Assembly: GCF_006345805.1 (NCBI RefSeq)
Contig: NC_042997.1
Location: 24,986,001 to 25,050,000, forward strand
DNA: 64,000 bases
DNA from: Octopus sinensis
Lineage: Eukaryota
Reading direction: 5' to 3'
In this document: positions 11,375-24,292 of the stretch, piece by piece
Numbering within the stretch: the stretch's first letter is position 1
How the letters are laid out: the number at the start of each line of letters is the position of its first letter
Position numbers and translations under genes: made by a program
Notes under the pieces: generated by a model
Seen by the model: only the letters and a program-made list of their open reading frames with translations
What the model was told of the DNA's origin: nothing
Database searches by the model: none

Positions 11375-13065
11375 ATTTTCGATAAAATATCAGTATTAAA
11401 TATCATGTAATTTGGCATGGCTACATCAATGATCTGACAGTATTTGTCTCTCTTATTCAAAATGACAATATCCGGACGACGGTGTTCGATTACACGATCC
11501 GTCTGAAAATCATAGTCCTAGAGTATCGTTATTTTCCCATCATCCTGCATATCTTTACTTGGTACATGCTCATAGCAGTTCTCTGTTACTTCATATTGGT
11601 ATTTATGGCATAAGAGCCAATGAAGATACACACACACTTCATCGTGGAGACGTTTGTATTCGTTTTGTGCAAGGCTCGCACATTCACTTACCAAGTGGGT
11701 CACATTTTCCACACTCTTTTCCCAGAGTCTGGGTGTTAGAAGTTTTATAGATGTTATACTTCACTGAATTGGTAGCGAGAGCCTGGTCTTGTGCAGCAAT
11801 GATCAAGCTTTCGGTGGTGCGCTTCAAATCACCTCGCTCAAGCCATGCCCATGATGCTGTATTATCCTTAACGTCCTGCGTATTCCTTTCAAACTCTCCA
11901 TGCAGTCTCATTTCAAGAAGGTCTACATTTCTCTTCTCCTCAGCTCTTTGGTTAAGCTCTTGCATTACCTATCATTTCATCTGCATTTACACCCATATCT
12001 TTCGCGGCGTATTGCAACAGGTCTTCATCACTATTTATTAAATACTCGGCAAGCGTTCTCCGTTCACTCCTTATACAATGGTCTATAATCGGAGGCGCAA
12101 TGGCCCAGTGGTTAGGGCAGCGGACTCGCGGTCATAGGATCACGGTTTCGATTCCCAGACTGGGCGTTGTGAGTGTTTATTGAGCGAAAACACCTAAAGC
12201 TCCACGAGGCTCCGGCAGGAGATGGTGGTGATCCCTGCTGTACTCTTTCACCACAGCTTTCTCTCACTCTTACTTCCTGTTTCTGTTCTACCTGTATTTC
12301 AAAGGGACCGGCCTTGTCACTCTCTGTGTCACGCTGAATATACCCGAGAACTACGTTAAGGGTAGACGTGTCTGTGGAGTGCTCAGCCACTTACACGTTA
12401 ATTTCACGAGCAGGCTGTTCCGTTGATTCGGATCAACCGGAACCCTCGTCGTCGTAACCGACGGAGTGCTTCCACAATGGTCTATAATAAATGGTCCTCT
12501 GTCACCATTCTTTCTTTTCCTATACAATCTGTTTACGTTTGCTTTAGGGTGTAGCGCCCCATGCAGCGTCATCAACTTTCAATTTCTTCTGTCCAGTATG
12601 ACATTGCCTCTTTAGTAGTCCATTTAACGATCGTCGCACTATATCTGACCACCACAACTGCCCAAATATTCATTGCAGTAATCAAATTTTGGCATTCAGA
12701 CTGGATTTCAACACCATCTTCATCTTTTCTTGATATGCCTCGCTGACCTTGTCTTCCATTTCACTGTTTAGAATGTCCCCCAACTCCAAAATCCCAAAAT
12801 ATTTATACCCAAAACCACCGATCTCTCCTGATGGTAACCGCAACCCTTTGCAGGCTGCTTTCTTCCCTCTTTTCATATTAAGTACTGAGCATTTGATAAT
12901 CCCCAATTCTATACTGCAGTCCCTACCACACTTCTGGACTGTTTTGGTTAAGGAATTTCAGGTCAGCCATAAACAGAAGATGGTTCAATGATGGGCCTTT
13001 CTTCCCACATCGGTAACCCATCTTAAATTTCCTGTCATTGTTATGGGTATGCAATTACACAAAGT
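11375..13065 (-). mobile_element. RLE-type LINE fragment (RT, zinc knuckle remnant, PD..D endonuclease), interrupted by a SINE
   Basis: NHLLFMADLK, GYKYFGILE, HGALHPKANVNRLY, GDLKRTTESLIIAAQDQALATN, ENVTHLVSEC, QTDRVIEHRRPDIVILNKRDKYCQIIDVAMP. Confidence 0.92.
12090..12473 (+). mobile_element. SINE family F4 (tRNA-Arg-like head), full length with TSD
   Basis: Head ggaggcgcaatggcccagtggttag...ggtttcgattccc. 15-bp TSD acaatggtctataat at 12075-12089 and 12474-12488. Confidence 0.95.
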
Positions 13066-13159
13066 AAAGGAGAAAACGAATCACCTAGGAAGATCCCCTT
13101 TTAATATTAACATCTCCAAGGAATACTTTACTTGAGTACAATTTGGTTTTCCATACATT

Positions 13160-13161
13160 AC

Positions 13162-13239
<78 letters not shown>

Positions 13240-13471
13240 GGCGGCTAGCTGGCAGAATCTTTAGCACACCAGACAAAATGCTTAGTGGCATTTCGTTTGC
13301 CATTACGTTCCAAGTTCAAATTCTGCCGAGGTTGACATTGCCTTTCATCCTTTCGGGGTCGATAAATTAAGTATGAGTTATGCACTGGGGTCGATGTCAT
13401 AGACTAGTCCCCTTCCCCAAAATTTGAGGCCTTATGCCTCCAGTAGAAAGGATTATGATAATAATAATAAC

Positions 13472-13529
<58 letters not shown>

Positions 13530-13570
13530 TTATTATTATTATTATTATTATTGTTATTATTATTATTATA
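13160..13570. repeat. (TTA)n and (AAT)n/(TTA)n arrays around an F2 SINE
   Basis: (TTA)n at 13160-13239; (AAT)n then (TTA)n at 13455-13570. Confidence 0.95.
13240..13454 (+). mobile_element. SINE family F2, tail type b
   Basis: gctggcagaa head, caagttcaaattc B box, gcctttcatcctttcggggtcgataaa body. Confidence 0.85.
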
Positions 13571-14050
13571 CAAGAAGTAGTAACAGATCGATAATCACCA
13601 TATAATAAACTAATCCTTAATTGATTTGCAAAGACTAAAATCTAAAGTTAATGCAGCAATTAAAACGAGTATAAAGGCAGTACATGAGATATCTACAGTG
13701 AACAACTCAAAGAAAAAAAAGTTTTACTGGATCGAATGTCTTTTGTATGTAGCACACCGTATGAATTGTCGGTAATGATACTATTTTCAACGGGACAAAA
13801 CAAGCATCACCTTTCATAGTACAAGATAGAGGTCGGATACTTTGAAAGAAATACCTGCAATTCCTACAAATAACATGACAAAGGTTGCGTGTTTAATAAT
13901 AGTATAAATCGCCGCATTTCATCCATACACGTAAACAAATATATAAATGCACAGACACATATATACATATGTACACACACACACGCACACAGATACACAT
14001 ACATATATATATATATATATACTTATATATACTTACAAACACACACACAT

Positions 14051-14083
<33 letters not shown>

Positions 14084-14158
14084 CTTGCACATGCTTACAC
14101 ACACATCGAGCATATATACATTTATATGTTCTGGAAGTATATTATCTATAATTCCCGA

Positions 14159-14560
14159 GGACGGTGAGCTGGCAGAAACGTTAGCACGCCGGGCGAAATG
14201 CGTAGCCGTATTTCGTCTGCCGCTGCGTTCTGAGTTCAAATTCCGAGGTTGACTTTGCCTGTCATCGTTTCGGGGTCGATTAAATAAGTACCAGTTACGC
14301 ACTGAAGTCGATGTAATCGACTTAATCCTTTTTGTTTGTCCTTGTTTGTCCCCTCTGTGTTTAGCCCCTTGTGGGTAGTAAAGAAATAGGTATTTCGTCT
14401 GCCGCTACGTTCTGAGTTCAAATTTCGCCAAGGTCGACTTTGCCTTTCATACTTTCAGGGTCGATAAATTAATTACCAGTTACGCACAGAAGTCGATGTA
14501 ATCGACTTAATCCTTGTTTGTCCCCTCTATTTTTAGCCCCTTGCGGGCAATAAAGAAATA
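14159..14560 (+). mobile_element. SINE F2 dimer (full unit plus headless unit)
   Basis: Junction aaagaaata|ggtatttcgtctgcc at 14388/14389. Confidence 0.92.
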
Positions 14561-15811
14561 TAAAACAACTAATTTCGAAACCTGAATGGACGATACTGAC
14601 TTTCTCGACAAGTACAATAAACCAAGTGAATCTATAAACCTTCATTGTAACGACCCCAGGGACGTAATCGACCACCTGCTACTTCACTTATCATGTAGAC
14701 TACAAAACCTTTATGCAAACAGAAAAATATTAACTGACGCAGCACCTAGCAAGCGATACCCTAACTAAAAAAAAGAAAAAAAATGCGAAACACGACTTAC
14801 ATTGAACACACACAAGACGACTGTGAACAACAACAACAACAACAAGAGCAGCAATAACAAAGAAAAAAGAAAAGGAAAAAACAAAAGACAAATATATATT
14901 ACGTGGTTCACACTTCTATGCAACATTAAAATTTCGTTTCTCTGAAACACATCCCCGCCCAAACGTAATTACTAAATATACATGTGTTTATTTATGTATA
15001 TGCTCGTGTATATATATTCATGTGTGTGTGTAAAAGAGAGAGAGAGAGATAGAAAGAAAGAAAGGGAAAGAGAGAGAGAATGTATATGTGTGCAAACAAA
15101 AGAGACTCAGAGAGAGAAATGTAAGCATATAGGTGTTAGTGATGGTCAGAAATGTCTTCTGTTTTTCTCTAAAAGACTAACAAGCGTTTCAATGTTTATG
15201 ATTAGGTAAAAGCTATTTTCCCTACCTAGAGTCGACAAACTTAGCTTAGCACAATGTTGATTGTAAATAAAAGTTTCCTCGGAAGGTTTAACACCAACAA
15301 AACGTGTTAATCAATGAAATTAAACACCTAGCTACGTAAACTGTGAAACTATATCTTTCTTATGCTTAATCATTATCGGTATTAACACTCTTAGCCACTT
15401 CGTACAAGACAAACTTGAGAAAAGAATTCGACTTTGAGATCATGAAAGAAAAAAAAAAGAAATAGAAGTAACAACAACAAACGATGCTAACCGTGACTTT
15501 TTGATGATAATACTGATAATGTTCCTAATGGTCTTCATTATTATATTTATGATGTTGCTGATAGTGATTATAGTTATCACGATTATTATTAGGATACTAA
15601 TAATGATGATAACGGCAATCATCATTAGCATGATCACGATCATGATAATAACTATTACTACCTATGTTAGCACAATGCCATATATCTTGCTTGAAGATTC
15701 AGTCGGATTAAAGACTCCTAATATAAATAATCCTCACACATATAAATGCCGCTTACAATCATCGGAGTGATTTTAAAAGAAGGAGGTAATGGGATATAAT
15801 TTAATATATAT

Positions 15812-15924
15812 TTCAGATTTTGGCACAAGGCTTTGAGGGATTGGTTTAAGGTGATTGCATGGATCCCAGTTCACAGTTGGTAGTTACTTTATCGACTTCG
15901 AAAGGATAAAAGGCAAAGTCGACC
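15812..15924 (-). mobile_element. SINE F2, 3' fragment
   Basis: ttttggcacaagg tail and gaaaggataaaaggcaaagtcgacc. Confidence 0.75.
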
Positions 15925-16219
15925 ATCTTCTCGAGCAACGTCTGGCTCATAAGGGCCGTTTTCCCGGTTTCCTTGGTGTATAGGTTCCCCACCTGGACGG
16001 GACACCGGTCCGTCGCAGGTGAGCTGCAAGATGCTGGAGGAAAGAGTGAGAGAAAGATGTGGCGAAAGAGTCAACAGAAGTTTCGCCATTACCTTCTGCC
16101 GGAGCCGCGTGGAGCTTAGGTGTTTCGTTCATAAACACACACATCGCCCGGTCTGAGATTCGAACGCGCGATCCCTCGACCACGAATCCGCTGCTCTAAC
16201 CACTAGGCCATGTGCCTCC
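15925..16219 (-). mobile_element. SINE family F3 (F4-like head and body, V-domain-like 3' part)
   Basis: Minus-strand head ggaggcacatggcctagtggttag; cctgcgacggaccggtgtcccgtccag at 15993-16018. Confidence 0.85.
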
Positions 16220-16257
16220 ACGGCGGGTATAATTTAATATTAGAAATCTTCTTATTG

Positions 16258-16472
16258 TATTCTTTTCTACTCCAGGCATAAGGCCCGAAATTTTTGGGAA
16301 GGGGCCAATCGATCACATCGACTTCAGTACGCAACTGGTACTTAATTTATTGACTGCGAAAGGATGAAAGGCAAAGTCGACCTCGGCGAAATTTGAACTC
16401 AGAACGTAGCGGCAGACGAAATACGGCTACGCATTACGCCCGGCGTGCTAACGGTTCTGCCAGCTCGCTACC
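16258..16472 (-). mobile_element. SINE F2, full length, tail type b
   Basis: Reverse complement of the F2 consensus. Confidence 0.9.
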
Positions 16473-16784
16473 TTGAGTATTCTTCTATTACTTTCATTAA
16501 ACCACTTACCTACAAAACATCAACCAATTCCCCCCTCATCACAGTTGACGATCCAAACGTGCAAATACAACTGGAACAATATAGTTTTATATTCCTCAAA
16601 AAAATTATGGGGAAAGTCACCACAGATGTAACTTTGGACATAGGTCTGCTCCACTGATGGTAAAACGAGACCTTTTAAGAAACTGCATAAAGCCGTAGAG
16701 GTTTGCACATCCCTGTTAGAATTATGAAGTAAAGGCACCCTTAAGCAATACATATTACACAGCCACAAAATTAACAACAACAGG

Positions 16785-16985
16785 GGAGGCGCAATGGCCC
16801 AGTGGTTAGGACAGCGGACTCGCGGTCGTAAGAACGCGGTTTTGATACCCAGACCGGGCATTGTGAGTGTTTATTGAGCAAAAACATCTAAGCTCCACGA
16901 ATCTATGGCGGGTGGGGAGAGATGAATCTCAGTGTACTCTTTCACCACAACTTTCTCTCACTCTTTCTTCCTACTTCTGCCAGAA
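16785..16985 (+). mobile_element. SINE F4, 5' part
   Basis: Head and body match 12090-12290. Confidence 0.85.
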
Positions 16986-17545
16986 AGCAGAGGAACCATG
17001 GTGTAACCCACTATGGTGTGGTAAACTTTCAGACCCTAGTCTAGATTGCGAATCCTCTGTACCCCAGGATGGTTCAGCTCTCCACCCGTTAAAAGCCACC
17101 GTTTACGGAATGAAGATAACAACGTGCACAGTCTATCGCGTGTGGTGGGTGGATCTTCAAGTTGCCATTTTTAGTAGCTTAGAGTAGGCTCGAATTAGAG
17201 ATTATTCTTTGTGTCTAATGATGTGAGTCCTGATTGGAAGAAGAAGACAATAACAACGACGACGTCGACAATTACAAGGTTAATAACAACAACTACAATA
17301 ATAACGATAACAACAATAATACGAAAGAAACATGTTCTACTTGACGGCGATGATGTGGCAAGATTGAGAACCAAAGTCTTTTAATAGAACAGTGCACTTT
17401 TGGACAGAACTATGTAAGATTTATTAAAATGAAACTTCATAATAGGATATCGGATCATTTTCACAAAGCCACATCATGAACATGTCAGTATATACTTAGT
17501 GAAACAGACATGAATAACGGATAGCTTGAAGTGAATTTTATACAT

Positions 17546-17880
17546 CGTGGATCAGTGGTTAGAGCCTCGGACTCACAATCGCGAGGTGGTAAGTTCATTT
17601 CCCTGACCGGGCTGTGTGTTGTGTTCTTGAGGAAAACATTTCATTTCGCGCTGTTCCAGCTCACTCGGCTGTAGAAAGGAGTTACGACGTCGCTGGTGCC
17701 AAATTGTATCGGCCTTTGCCTTTCCTTTGGATAACATCCGTAACGTGGAGAAGGAAGACTTGTATGCATAGGCGACTGCTGGTCTTCCGCAAATAATCTT
17801 GCCCAAACTTGTACCTCGAAGGGAAACTTACTAGGTGCAATCCCATGGTCATTCATGACCGAAGGGGGTTTACACCCTCT
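17546..17880 (+). mobile_element. SINE family F6 (tRNA head, CORE-like and Meta-like blocks, distinct tail)
   Basis: cagtggttagagc head; gtgttcttgaggaaaacatt; cactcggctgtagaaaggagttac. Confidence 0.7.
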
Positions 17881-17982
17881 TCATACATACATGCATACAT
17901 ACATACATACATACATGCATACATACATACATACATACATACATACATGCATACATACATACATGCATGCATACATACATAC
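17881..17982. repeat. (TACA)n microsatellite
   Basis: Visible tandem array. Confidence 0.95.
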
Positions 17983-19395
17983 AGCGTCGAAGCGCATCCC
18001 TTGACCAAGTGTGCATACATGAGACTGATAACATCAAAAGACTTGGAAGGCAGTTCCTTCAGTAACACTCTGTGTCTGATAACATAGAGTACATGCCCAA
18101 AGAAGTTGCATGACTCTACCGCAACGTATCATCAGATGAAAGGATGAGCCTATATGAGCAGAAGACTATGCATGGATATGATAGAAGAAAGCTCCGTGAT
18201 GATATAAACATTGATCATCAAAGCAGTTTATCATGGACCAATAGCCGGATTACTACCTCTCACTTTGTAGAGTATGCGTTCGCAATCCAGGAACAGGAAA
18301 TATCAACCAATTACCCGGTGCACAAAAGGATAGTGATGCAGGAAAAGCAGTAAAATTGACAACCGATGCAAACTTCGTAGAGTAAACACCGAAGATATCA
18401 CCCACATCATATGCAGTTGTCTGAAAATGTCATCACGCTACTGTCTACCGATGAGATATAACGTTGTAGCTAGGACACTCTATAATGAAATCCCTCGGAA
18501 GGATAATCCCTAGGACAAAGAAATAAAAACCCACAATATGGTAGAATATGGTACCCATTCGTAATGAAAAGGAATACTGGTGGAATGTTCCAGTGAAGAT
18601 CTCAATAAAATGTAAGCACAGCAAACCTGATATAATGATTTGGGATAGAGAAGATAAACTGTGCACAGTTGTGGAAATTAGCTGCCCAGCGGATGTTAAT
18701 ATAAAACTGAAGATCAGTGAAAAAGAGAACACTTATGCAGAACTATTGAGAAATCTGCAGTTACTCTATCCAGATTACAAGTTCAGGTTTATACCTGTAT
18801 TTATTGGGGCCCTGGGATATGTAACGCACTGCCTAAATACCGATCTTGAGAAATTAGGCTTCCCAAAACCAGAAAGGAGAAAGCTAGTTCGAAGACTACA
18901 GACCCAATCCATCACTAGAAATGTAAAAATCTGTAAAGCTTTCCAGAAGTTCATCATTTAAATATATATGAGCATGTCTAGATATGTAACTCTATGCATG
19001 AGATTACATACATAAAACTTACAAGTCTGCACATACATATATATATACATACACACAAGCAAACAAACAAACAAGAATGCCCTGTTGTTGATGTTGAAAT
19101 TCCAATGAAGGAGTCTTGGAACTAGGTTAGAAACCGGTTCTTTCTCTATTGGCAATAAATCTTGAATTAAACTGAATAATCTTTTCTACTCTAGGCACAA
19201 GGCCCGACATTTTGGGAGAAGGGGCCAGTCGATTAGATCGACCCTAGTACGCAACTGTTACTTAATTTATCGACCCTGAAAGGATGAAAACCAAAGCCGA
19301 CCAAGGCGGAATTTGAACTCAGGACGTAAAGACAGACGAAATACCGCCTTGAAATAAACAGAATAATGACATACATATATACATGCATGCATACA
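17983..19395 (+). mobile_element. RLE-type LINE 3' fragment with open endonuclease frame 18548-18961, 3' UTR and (CATA)-like tail
   Basis: EDITHIICSC knuckle; KPDIMIWDREDKLCTVVEISCP..KISEKENTYAEL; FIPVFIGALG; tail gacatacat at 19368. Confidence 0.9.
19181..19348 (-). mobile_element. SINE F2, 5'-truncated, inserted in the LINE 3' UTR
   Basis: 19-bp TSD ttgaa(t/a)taaac(t/a)gaataat at 19162-19180 and 19349-19367. Confidence 0.9.
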
Positions 19396-20599
19396 TAACG
19401 ATAATATAAAACACTGTATTCATACAGCCACAATATCTTAACTTCAGAATTCCAAATTTGCTAGATGGGAAAATTAACAAACCCTTCCTCTGACTGCGGA
19501 ATTTTACATCAGAAATGCTCATAAATGCAAATTAACAGCAAGTTATTTGGTTGTTACTTTAATTTAATTTCAGTTGTTTACTTTGTTGTATTTTGTTATT
19601 CTGCTGAATGAATCATAGCAAAGTACTTATTTCTTATTACTACTTAAATGAAAATATAACCTTTGATTTATTTTGCTTCATATATATTTCCGTTTCTCTC
19701 TGGCACTATAATGTGTTCACCAAACGCAGAAAATCTGGAAATTGCTTCAATCTACAATGTAGATTTTTTACCGTCTTCGTTACAATAAGTAAAACAATAT
19801 TAATTAAATTCAATTAATAATAATTAGTGCTTACTTTTATAGTATATACACAAGACCAGTTTAGTTGTTTTAACTTCTTACATTGGCTACAACTAGTTAT
19901 TTGACAAGTCTGTAAGAGAGACCCTATGTAAGTGCTTTGTTTAGTAATAATAGAAAAATCTCTCTACAGCCCTGAAAAGCGGGACATATTGACTAATGTA
20001 TTCTGGTATATGCTGCATCTTAGGAGAAGGCCAGATTGATCAGGGTCAGATTGATCAGTGCCAGAATGCTTTGAACAAGGATTTCCTCAATCAAGGCCAT
20101 CTTCAAGTTAAGCAACAACAGAATCCGATGGCTATTTTTTTTTATTATTTCGTGTTAAAATACTGTAGTGTTAGAGACCTTTCAGCATAAGAGACGAAAT
20201 ATCTAGTAGCATTTGACTCGATTACTGGGAATTATATAGTTGTTGTTGAGCTGTAGGTCAGTCTTGACCAAGCAACTTCATGATCAAATGCATTCGAGCC
20301 ATGACTTTCTTGCTTTTTTTATATCTATGCTTACATGGTTCAATATGTCCATCTTTAAGAGATTAGAAGGTGTTTTGCGGATAAGATTTGGTAGCTATTT
20401 TTAGCAAGTCCTGAGACCTAATAAAAGCTCTCGGATGGTGTTCGATTAAAATTGTGAAGTCAAATATCTCCTTTTATTCCACAATGCATGCCTATATTCT
20501 TCTTTGCATCATAAGTCAATTCTTTAAAGAATTCTAATTTAAATGTGTCACTGAAATTTAATATGCTTTACGTGTTCGTTACCACGAAAATGCATTCAA

Positions 20600-20807
20600 T
20601 TATTTAAGCAACACTTCAAACGCATTATTTAGGGACTGTTGGGTTAACGAAGGTTGAATATTTGAATTCCTATTTCCACATTCCTGATTGTAACTCCTAA
20701 TATCCTCAAAAGGTGAAAATACAAGGTTCTTGTCAAAATATTGATTTATCGTACAAATTTGTTCGTTTTTTATTTTTCTTTTGGCTTGGTACTCCATCAG
20801 CATTTGT
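20600..20807 (-). CDS. Candidate terminal exon of an unidentified host gene
   Basis: Acceptor ttttacctcttttcag, then an open frame (L)QMLMEYQAKRKIK...NAFEVLLK* in non-repeat sequence. Confidence 0.45.
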
Positions 20808-21020
20808 CTGAAAAGAGGTAAAATGTATTCAGATTTTAAAAATAAATATAAATTTTAAGGAAAGAACAGAGCTAAGAAAATAAATAAAGAAAGCTCTAAG
20901 ATAAAAAATATTCTTGTTTAATTCAAATAATATAGGAAAACGTTAAAATAAATGGATGAAAAAAACCCCATAAAAAACAAACGACTTTATTAAACCACAT
21001 AATACAAAGAAGATATTGGA

Positions 21021-21122
21021 TTCAAATTTTGGCACCAGGCCAATAATTTCGGGGGAGGGGTAAGTCGATTATATTGACCCCCCATATTGTCCGGTGCGCC
21101 AACTATTCTGCCAGCTCGCTGC
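21021..21122 (-). mobile_element. SINE F2 with internal deletion
   Basis: Tail type c joined to the head (ttctgccagctcgc). Confidence 0.7.
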
Positions 21123-21874
21123 TTTAATACAAAGAAGATATTACAAATGAAAGTTACCAACCGTCTCAGTTATTTATTTCAAAACTTCAAAATTGAAGGT
21201 CGCAAATGTTACGCGTATGTATAGCCGTGTGTATTTCTACGTATAAAAGCGCATACGCATTCTTCGTTTGGAACTCAATATTCTTTATCATATATAGTTT
21301 CTCAAGAGTTTATATTCTAGTAAATATACCACCCATAACTGTAGAGTTCTAAATAAATTAACAATAACCCCAACACTTACTTTTACATCATATAAACGTA
21401 TAAAATCAGAACAACATTGAACTGAAATATGTCAAATTGAACACATTATATAATATTGATCTATGGCTTACGAACACTTTTCTTTAATAATCACTGTGCA
21501 CCTGACGTATCTATAAAATGTATTTATGTTTGCCCCGATGGTCAATATACGACAATATTACTCCTGCTTCATATGCTTTTATCACTAACTCAGTTTCTTA
21601 ACAATAAATAAATATGTACATAAATTGAAGATACTATCGTGACCTATATCTCTTGAACCAGATAGAATTTGTGCTCGCAGTTGATTTACGATGATTATAG
21701 ATCAACTTGCTGCTCTCTTCCAATAGCCAGCCACCGAGTGTCCATGCCAAAACACAGATGAGACAATATATTATTAGTTGTTGCTGTCGTTTCGGATACT
21801 TAGTTCACCGAAAATGTTCCACGGTGATAGAGAATCCATTTATGGACATCGTTCTGATTTTAATCTTTCACGCT

Positions 21875-21907
21875 CTCTCACGCTCTCTCACGCCCTCTGA
21901 CTATCAG

Positions 21908-21938
<31 letters not shown>

Positions 21939-22079
21939 ACCACTCTCTCTCTCTTTCTGTCTCTCCCTCCCTCTTTCAAATATACTCTCTCTCTCTCTCT
22001 CTCTGCGTTTCTCTGTAGCTTTGTATAATGTCCTTCCCAAAGCAACAGCAACAATAGCAGTAACATCAGAAGTACTATC

Positions 22080-22127
<48 letters not shown>

Positions 22128-22210
22128 TGTTGTAGTAGATAAAATATGTTTGTGTTATTTTCAGTTGCTGTTGTTATTGCTGTTGTTGTTGTTGTTGTTG
22201 TTGCTGTTGT
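21875..22210. repeat. (CT)n, (AGT)n and (TTG)n microsatellites
   Basis: Visible arrays. Confidence 0.9.
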
Positions 22211-22714
22211 AGCGTTGGTCAGCTTCTGATCGAGCTGAATTATGGCATGGCAGTGAAAACCGATCGAACATTCTGGTGGAAGCTCATATGTCTTGCATTC
22301 TGGATATTCTATACTTCAGTATGTTAGGCAACCATCCTTATGCACTCTAACATGTAGAGTTTAACCGAGTTGACTGGACAGTGATAGTTAAATCGTAACC
22401 CGATTATATTATTATCAATTTCGCTCTCGGATGATTGAGAGATTTTAGTGATAACGACACCAGTATTTTTATAGACTAAAGTTTAGTATAATAAATTGTT
22501 TCAGAGCTTCAGTCTTATTTTCTTTATATTTTTCGAATATTTTATAAAAATATTCGTTCTATTGAAATACATAAAATTTCGAAATTGTTCAATATTGAAT
22601 TATATTCATGAGATTCAAGGAAAATACATGCAGGAAACTAATATAGTGGACCCAGGCATATCACTGGTACAAACAAAAAATCAATCTCCCCGGTTATCGA
22701 ACTAAGAAACTCGA

Positions 22715-22914
22715 TACTCTTTACTCTTTTTCACTCTTTTACTTGTTTGCGGCCATGCTGGAGCACCGCCTTCAGTCGAGCAAATCGACCCCAGGACTTA
22801 TTCTTTGTAAGCCTAGTACTTATTCTATCGGCCTCTTTTGCCGAACCGTTAAGTTACGGGGATGCAAACACACCAGCATCGGTTGTCAAGCACAGACACA
22901 CAAACATACATACA

Positions 22915-22947
<33 letters not shown>

Positions 22948-23147
22948 AACACACACACACACATACACACACATATATATATATACAATATATACGACGG
23001 GATTCTTTCAGTTTCTGTCTACCAAATCCACAAAGGCTTTTGGTCGGCCCGAGGCTATAGTAGAAGACACTTGCCCAAGGTGCCACGCTGTGGGACTGAA
23101 CCCGGAACCATGTGGTTGGTAAGCAAGCTACTTACCACACAGCCACT
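22715..23147 (-). mobile_element. SINE F1
   Basis: Reverse-complement F1 with an internal (CA)n(TA)n tract. Confidence 0.92.
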
Positions 23148-23200
23148 AAGCGAAATCATTTAGTTTGGCATTCTACTATTTCAATGGCCACTTATATTCG

Positions 23201-23400
23201 TTTCAAATTTTGGCACAAGGCCACCAAATTCGGGGGAGCGGAGAGTCGATTACATCGATCCCGGTGCTCAGCTGGTACTTATTTTATCGACCCCGAAATA
23301 ACGAAAGGCAAAGTCAATCTCGGCGGAATTTCAACACAGAACGGACGAAATGTCGCTAATCATTTTTGCTTGGTCTGCTAACGATTCCGCCATCTCGACC
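23201..23400 (-). mobile_element. SINE F2, tail type c
   Basis: Reverse-complement F2 body. Confidence 0.8.
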
Positions 23401-23720
23401 TCCTACAGTGGTCAGTGATATTAATTTGTTAAAGAGAAGGAAGAAACTCACTTACCATTTCTAGAATTTCTCTACTTTCAAACATGCAATGATTAAATAT
23501 ATTTCAAAGTATCCTCATAAAGGAAGATATTCAGTGGTTAAGGAAAACATATTCAACAATTATTTGAGAGAACTATTTCCTGAAGTAATTCTCAAATATA
23601 GATCCGCCATGATCCAAAGCTCTTTGATTCGATTCCAAAGATATTACTCGATAATTTAATTCCTTGTTATGATAATCTTGAGCCTATTCCACCACCACCA
23701 CCCCACACACGATCAAGCAC

Positions 23721-23803
23721 TCACAAAGTACATGATCAGTGAAGGTTCACCAAAGTACATGATTAGTGAGGGTTCACAAAGTACATGATTAATGAAGGTT
23801 CAC
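23721..23803. repeat. Minisatellite, 26-27 bp unit, 3 copies
   Basis: tcacaaagtacatgat(c/t)a(g/a)tga(a/g)ggt. Confidence 0.9.
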
Positions 23804-24292
23804 CTGGATCTAGGATCCCCAATACACGACACCTTAGAGAAATGTCTGCTTTATAGTTTCGAGTTGACTAAAGTCTCCTGAATGGAATTTCTTAGACGGA
23901 ATCTCTCTTCCAACCAATTCTCCCTACCAATTCTCTCTCGCTCTCTCACGCATATATATATGTATGTATACATTATCATTGTCATATACGTAGAGTATGC
24001 GTGTTGAAAAACTCTTTTAAGCTGCGGTATTTCGCCCAGAGAAGATCCCTTTAAAGACGTTGAGTGCCAAAGGTCGCTTTAAAGACGTCGTCTGGCTTTG
24101 AAGTATACTGTGTATTTTTACACTCTATGTATTTAAAAGGACTTTCTCTGGACGAAATAACACAGCCTAGAAACATTTAATAATACGCATATATTAAGTA
24201 TGCGACATTGATAATGTTTAAATCATAGAGCTGCTTCTAATACAAAATTTACGCTTTGTATTTGCGTATGAATGTCCGTATATATGCAGGTA

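Noticed and set aside
12090-12170. tRNA-Arg-like sequence (also 16785, 63927 and other SINE heads)
   Set aside because: No proper cloverleaf, and each continues into a SINE body; these are SINE heads, not tRNA genes.
23450-23580. Strong minus-strand donor ATG|GTAAGT near 23456
   Set aside because: All three frames from the plausible acceptor contain stops; at best a non-coding exon.
23721-23803. CRISPR-like repeat
   Set aside because: Units are contiguous with no spacers, in a eukaryotic context.
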